Source: Octopus bimaculoides (lineage: Eukaryota). Taken from it: a stretch of DNA of 40,114 nucleotides. Every line of letters begins with the position of its first letter. Positions within the stretch are counted from its first letter, which is position 1. The translations under genes were made by a program, and so were the position numbers. Under the pieces are notes generated by a model. The model made no database searches. It saw nothing but the letters and a program-made list of their open reading frames with translations, and was not told where the DNA came from. Shown here piece after piece: positions 34,885 to 40,114 of this stretch. The DNA lies in NCBI RefSeq assembly GCF_001194135.2, contig NC_068982.1:134872269-134912382 (forward strand), read 5' to 3'.

Positions 34885-35105
34885 GATTACGTGACCGACC
34901 AGACTATCAGATGTTACACATCGCTAATCACAATGTTCTTGCATCGTTTTAGCCTTCGAATGATGCCATTCCCCGCAGGTTAGGCGAGCAGGCCTACATT
35001 CACTCCTGATCGGAAAGGTGACAGGAGCAACGTGAAATGACATGTTTTGCTCAAAAACACAACGCGCCGACCGGTCTGGAAATTGAACCAATGATCTAGG
35101 TATCG
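34885..35105 (-). mobile_element. SINE family C, tail type 4
   Basis: Reverse complement GGTTCAATTTCCAGACCGGTCGGCGCGTTGTGTTTTTGAGCAAAACATGTCATTTCACGTTGCTCC, followed by a distinct tail. Confidence 0.7.
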
Positions 35106-35348
35106 TCGTTACCGCATGGCAAGTGGTTAGTCTGTCGCGCTGTGAAGAGGTAACAGTTGTGACAAATGCTATTGTATGAAAACCTCAAACATTACTGTAA
35201 CATTAAAGTCATTTTCTTTATTAATGACTTAATATCTATTCATCTATCAATCTAACTACTTGTCTGTCTATCTGCCTGTCCGTCCATCTGTCTGTCGTAT
35301 CTGCTTGCCCACCTAGCTAACGACATACATATACACGCATACATAAAT

Positions 35349-35394
<46 letters not shown>

Positions 35395-35439
35395 ACTTAA
35401 ATTATATTATATATGTATATATGTATGTATATGCACATA

Positions 35440-35490
35440 GGCGCAGGAGTGGCTATATTGTAAGTAGCTTGCTTATCAACCACATGGTTT
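35440..35490 (+). mobile_element. SINE family A, 5' tip
   Basis: GGCGCAGGAGTGGCTATATTGGTAAGTAGCTTGCTTATCAACCACATGGTT. Confidence 0.7.
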
Positions 35491-36136
35491 CAACCACATG
35501 GGACAAGAACACAAAACATCCAGATAAACGATACAAAGAGAACAAGGACGGGTCATTCAGAGTTTTCTTTCCTCAGTCGAGTTCCAGATTATCTTTGCAA
35601 TTTTGGCTGGTTATACTCGAGATTGCTCTAATCTGGCCAGCGCCAAGGAAAAACTAAGCTAAGAGCATTAGATTCCTTGGAAGAAAGCAAATATATACGA
35701 AAACAAGGACGGAAAAAAAACGGAGAATGTTACACAAATACAAATAAGAGGACATAAAAACAAGTGTCTTTCGACTAGAGACGAATTAAATTAAGCTGGC
35801 GTGTGTGGAAATAAAGCCTTACGGCAGGGATATAAGATTTCACAGCCACGGGGAGGAATATAGATGCTGCACGGATGACGGCCCAGGACAGTTGCCCACG
35901 AATGTCAGAAATAAACAATCACGTGTATCCTAATTAATAACGTATGTGTATAAAGTATTACAAATTTAGTCTCATGGCAGCAAAATGGTTTCATGTTAAA
36001 GAACCTCTATGTTTGGAAAGAAATTAACAGTTTGCATTCCTAACATGTCTGAAATGTCTAAACAATTAGAAATTTCTTTAGCACGAAACCGTTCGCTGGC
36101 ATCAGTCGTTTCTTCTGTGTGTATGTGCGCATATGT

Positions 36137-36890
36137 GGAGGCGCAATGGCCCAGTGGTTAGGGCAGCGGACTCGTGGTCATAGGATCGCGGTTTCGATTC
36201 CCAAACCGGGCGTTGTGAGTGTTTATTGAGTGAAAACACCTAAAGCTCCACGAGGCTCCGGCAGGGGATGGTGGCAAACCCTGCTGTACTCTTCCACCAC
36301 AACTTTCTCTCACTCTTACTTCCTGTTTCTGTTGTGTCTGTAATTCAAAGGGTCAGCCTTGTCACACTGTCACGCTGAATATCCCTGAGAACTACGTTAA
36401 GAGTACAGGTGTCTGTGGAGTGCTCAGCCACTTGCATGTTAATTTCACGAGCAGGCTGTTCCGTTGATCGGATCAACTGGAACCCTCGACGTCGTAAGCG
36501 ACGGAGTGNNNNNNNNNNATGGCCCAGTGGTTAGGGCAGCGGACTCGTGGTCATAGGATCGCGGTTTCGATTCCCAAACCGGGCGTTGTGAGTGTTTATT
36601 GAGTGAAAACACCTAAAGCTCCACGAGGCTCCGGCAGGGGATGGTGGCAAACCCTGCTGTACTCTTCCACCACAACTTTCTCTCACTCTTACTTCCTGTT
36701 TCTGTTGTGTCTGTAATTCAAAGGGTCAGCCTTGTCACACTGTCACGCTGAATATCCCTGAGAACTACGTTAAGAGTACAGGTGTCTGTGGAGTGCTCAG
36801 CCACTTGCATGTTAATTTCACGAGCAGGCTGTTCCGTTGATCGGATCAACTGGAACCCTCGACGTCGTAAGCGACGGAGTGCCAACAACA
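36137..36890 (+). mobile_element. family C-related SINE (tail type 3), present twice across a 10-N gap
   Basis: GGAGGCGCAATGGCCCAGTGGTTAGGGC (A box), GGTTTCGATTCCC (B box) and a (CAA)n end. The two copies look identical by eye, and a single 12-bp TSD, ATGTGCGCATAT, lies at 36123-34 and 36892-903. Confidence 0.85.
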
Positions 36891-38257
36891 AATGTGCGCA
36901 TATATAAATACTTATATTTCTAAGTGTGTATGCAGATATGTGTGCGTGTGCGTATATACACAAAATGTATATGTCTACGTATGTATTCACACACATATAC
37001 ACAAAAAATGTTTAACGACAATGTTTGAAGTAGCATCATTGACGCATTGCGTAATGACTTCGAAGACTGTTTTTAGTCTAAACGAAAGCAAGCGTGTTGA
37101 TGTGTTGCCACTGTTACCTGTGTGTCAGGACTCTTGTCTGCGATGTCATACTTGCATACGACCACAATAAATTCCAAAGCGAAGGTCTGAGTCATTAAAA
37201 GTCCACTTTACTGGCTCGCAAATGCTTCAGATGTAAATGAAACTTAAATGGCATTGACATTAAAACAACATTATTGTTGTCGCTGCTTTCATGTTATCCA
37301 ATACACATTTACATAAATCATCAAAGTGTGTAAATGATTTTCCTATGAACGAGCCATAGTATATTCCTATTTAATTATTTCTCAAAAATACAAGAGTGTT
37401 TCTACTAAGGAAACAGGCGATGTGATTACGACTAAAAGCTTCTCTCTTAACACGGCTGTATCGGTAGATGGACAATGTTCACCTGGTGTTGGATGCTCCC
37501 TTGTACAACAGCCGTCCTGCGTTACCTGTAACCAGAATCGGTGATCAATGAAAATATAAACATAGAAAACTGTTGGAAGCCGATCTAAATAAAAACCGGA
37601 TTATTCTGACACTTACTGTTTCCTTCCTACACCTGAATATTTATTATTTATTTTGTTTATCTAGAAACAGCGAATCACCGGCAGTGAATTCGTACTTATG
37701 ATGGATAAATGTAATATATATTCCAAGGCTCAAAACGGCATGGTAGAGAAGAAAGGGCGTTAGCCGGAGGTGTCAACTCTCGGGCAAACAATGAACGTCT
37801 AGTATAGTGGTGGAGTACAGTGGTAGAGGAGGACTGGAATGTAGAAAAGGGAGGTAAGTATCGAAAGGAGTAAAGTAAAGAAAAATGTTATAAGAACTGA
37901 TTCGGAAAAGTGAAGATCCGACTTAATCTATTATGATAGTTTTAGGAAACGGTAATTTAAAGTGTGAGTAACTCCAAGAATTATGGTACTCCAGTGGTAG
38001 AACGATATATAAACATTGTGAAGGAGAGAAAATATCTAGTTTTATCATTTTAAATATCTTCCGACGATTAAAAGTCCTTTGCAAGGCTGTTCATGTTGAT
38101 GCGCAAAGATTGATTGGGATTTCAAATAACATAACAGCTTCAACATATTTTGATTCTTTAAAACTTTTACCGTTCTTTAATCAGTCTTAAATATTCATTT
38201 TTTCAGTGTTATTATTTTTAGTCATAAACATAAAGTAATATTATATATATATATTAA

Positions 38258-38439
38258 AAGTGGGGAAGGCCGTTTTCTGGGATTACCTTAGGTGTCCCGT
38301 CCATAAAGGGTTTAGCTTTATGGTGTATCGTCAGATACCAAAAACTTGTTGGCTCATGACCTCTTAAAAATTCCAGTCCGTACAAGGTTTAGCTTTATGG
38401 GAAACCTAAGGTAATCCCATAAACTGGCCTTCCCAATTT
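38258..38439. mobile_element. MITE with imperfect TIRs of about 45 bp and TTAA flanks (Kolobok-like candidate)
   Basis: TTAA|AAGTGGGGAAGGCCGTTTTCTGGGATTACCTTAGGTGTCCC ... GGGAAACCTAAGGTAATCCCATAAACTGGCCTTCCCAATTT|TTAA, with the internal direct repeat GGTTTAGCTTTATGG twice. Confidence 0.75.
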
Positions 38440-38525
38440 TTAATATATACTGCTCTATATCTTAGAGTGTGCTTTTTCTTTCGGATTTATGTTTTTTTGC
38501 AAACGACACACATACACACACATAT

Positions 38526-38660
<135 letters not shown>

Positions 38661-38953
38661 TACGTGTCTGACACACTGCCAGTCTTATATAGACAGTAGC
38701 TGAAAAAATATACTGTTCCATGTTTATCTCCCTTAGCTTAGCCTTTCGACAAATAGATAACTTCAAAGTAACGGATACAATCGACTGAAATACTTCATAG
38801 TGATGCTTCAGTATGACCAAAATTCAATGACTGAAACATTTATACTCACATACATACATACATACATACATACATACATACATTAATACATACATACATA
38901 CATACATGCATACACACACACACATATATGTATATATGCACCAACTGTATAGT

Positions 38954-39015
<62 letters not shown>

Positions 39016-39493
39016 GTGTGTCTGTGTGTAAGCGTGCGTGTGTGTGTATATCAGTTCTCAAGCAGACATGTCTTATCTATTCCTCTACTTAAACGCTAAT
39101 GGAGACATGTGAAAACCAAGTAATAATTGATTAATGTACTATTAATTGAACTGCTGTATCTCAATCAACGAACAAATTTTCTTCCAGATTTGCTTACTTT
39201 AGTAATGATATACAAAAGTATTCTTCGTGGGTTTCATTTGAAATTATTGTATTCTGACTCTAGTTTCAAAGACAAAATGAAACAGAGTGTTGTTTGAGAA
39301 CATTCCGATAAACATTCCTACTACGACGTAAATGACAGTGTTACAAAGCGTTAAGACTTTTCTCGGGTTTAAAATTTGACATTGTTTCCGTTATCTATAT
39401 TCAATGATAGAGCTTTATATTTTTGTTCGTAACCGGCTCTTCGAAGGAAGAATTTAAATAATTAAAAACAGAAGAGAAGCCTACATACATACA

Positions 39494-39524
<31 letters not shown>

Positions 39525-39799
39525 TGGGGCCCTGGGATATGTAACACGCTGCCTAATTACCAATCTTGAGAAATGAGGCTTTTCAAAACCAGGTAGGAGA
39601 AAGCTAATTCGAAGACTGCAGATCCAATCCATCACTGGAATTGTAAGAATCTGTAAAATTTGTCACAAGTTTATAATTTAAATATATATGAGCATGCCTC
39701 ATATATATAACATACAAATCTGCATATACATACATACATGCATACATACATACATACATACATACATACATACATACATACATGCATATACGAAGCTCG

Positions 39800-40114
39800 C
39801 TTCTCAACCACATGGTTCTGGGTTCAGTCCCACTGCGTGGCACCTTGGGCATGTGTCCCCCCTACTTTAGCCTCGGGCCGACCAAAGCCTTGTGATTGGA
39901 TTTGGTGGACGGAAACAGTTCTGAGTTTAAATTCCGCCGAGGTCGACTTTGCCTTTCATCCTTTCAGGGTCGAAAAATTTAAGTACCAGTTGCGTACTGG
40001 GGTCGATCTAATCGACTGGCTTCACCGCCCCACAAAATTTCGGGCCTTGTGCTTCGAGTAGAGAAGAATATGTTTAGAAGATTAAAGGTAGCGAGCTAGC
40101 AAAAACGTTAGCAC
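39800..40114 (+). mobile_element. SINE A 5' half joined to SINE B body, followed by a new SINE B head (runs off window)
   Basis: Family A sequence up to ...GGACGGAAAC, then AGTTCTGAGTTTAAATTCCGCCGAGGTCGAC (family B), then AAGGTAGCGAGCTAGCAAAAACGTTAGCAC. Confidence 0.8.

Noticed and set aside
37665-37853. Exon-like segment (TTTATCTAG ... GAG|GTAAGT)
   Set aside because: It has stops in all three frames and no recognisable protein similarity.

Overview
Eukaryotic, AT-rich, extremely repeat- and microsatellite-dense animal DNA from a short-read draft assembly, with 11 N-gaps that mostly abut simple repeats. The repeat families and microsatellite load look like an octopod cephalopod (inference from pattern recognition, not a search). 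Most of the ORF track is artefact (N-runs, microsatellites). Supported content: (i) three tRNA-derived SINE families in about 25 copies or fragments, including dimers and multimers; (ii) several R4/Dong-clade non-LTR retrotransposon pieces, namely a decayed RT at about 11.4-12.7 kb and three same-strand endonuclease/3' ends stacked in (AAT)n tracts at 15.8-18.0 kb; (iii) a CR1-type RT fragment, a CsRn1-clade Ty3/gypsy gag-protease remnant with a -1 frameshift signal, mariner and piggyBac remnants, a TTAA-flanked MITE and a 0.9-kb foldback element; (iv) two dispersed repeat families, each in two copies, carrying minimal type-I hammerhead-ribozyme-like motifs of the Penelope/retrozyme kind; (v) one convincing host exon (single TM helix plus basic cluster, 18354-18545) and one weaker candidate exon. 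The most notable signals are the hammerhead-like repeats, the TAA-associated R4/SINE stack and the foldback element. Coordinates of decayed elements are approximate, and everything was read by eye.
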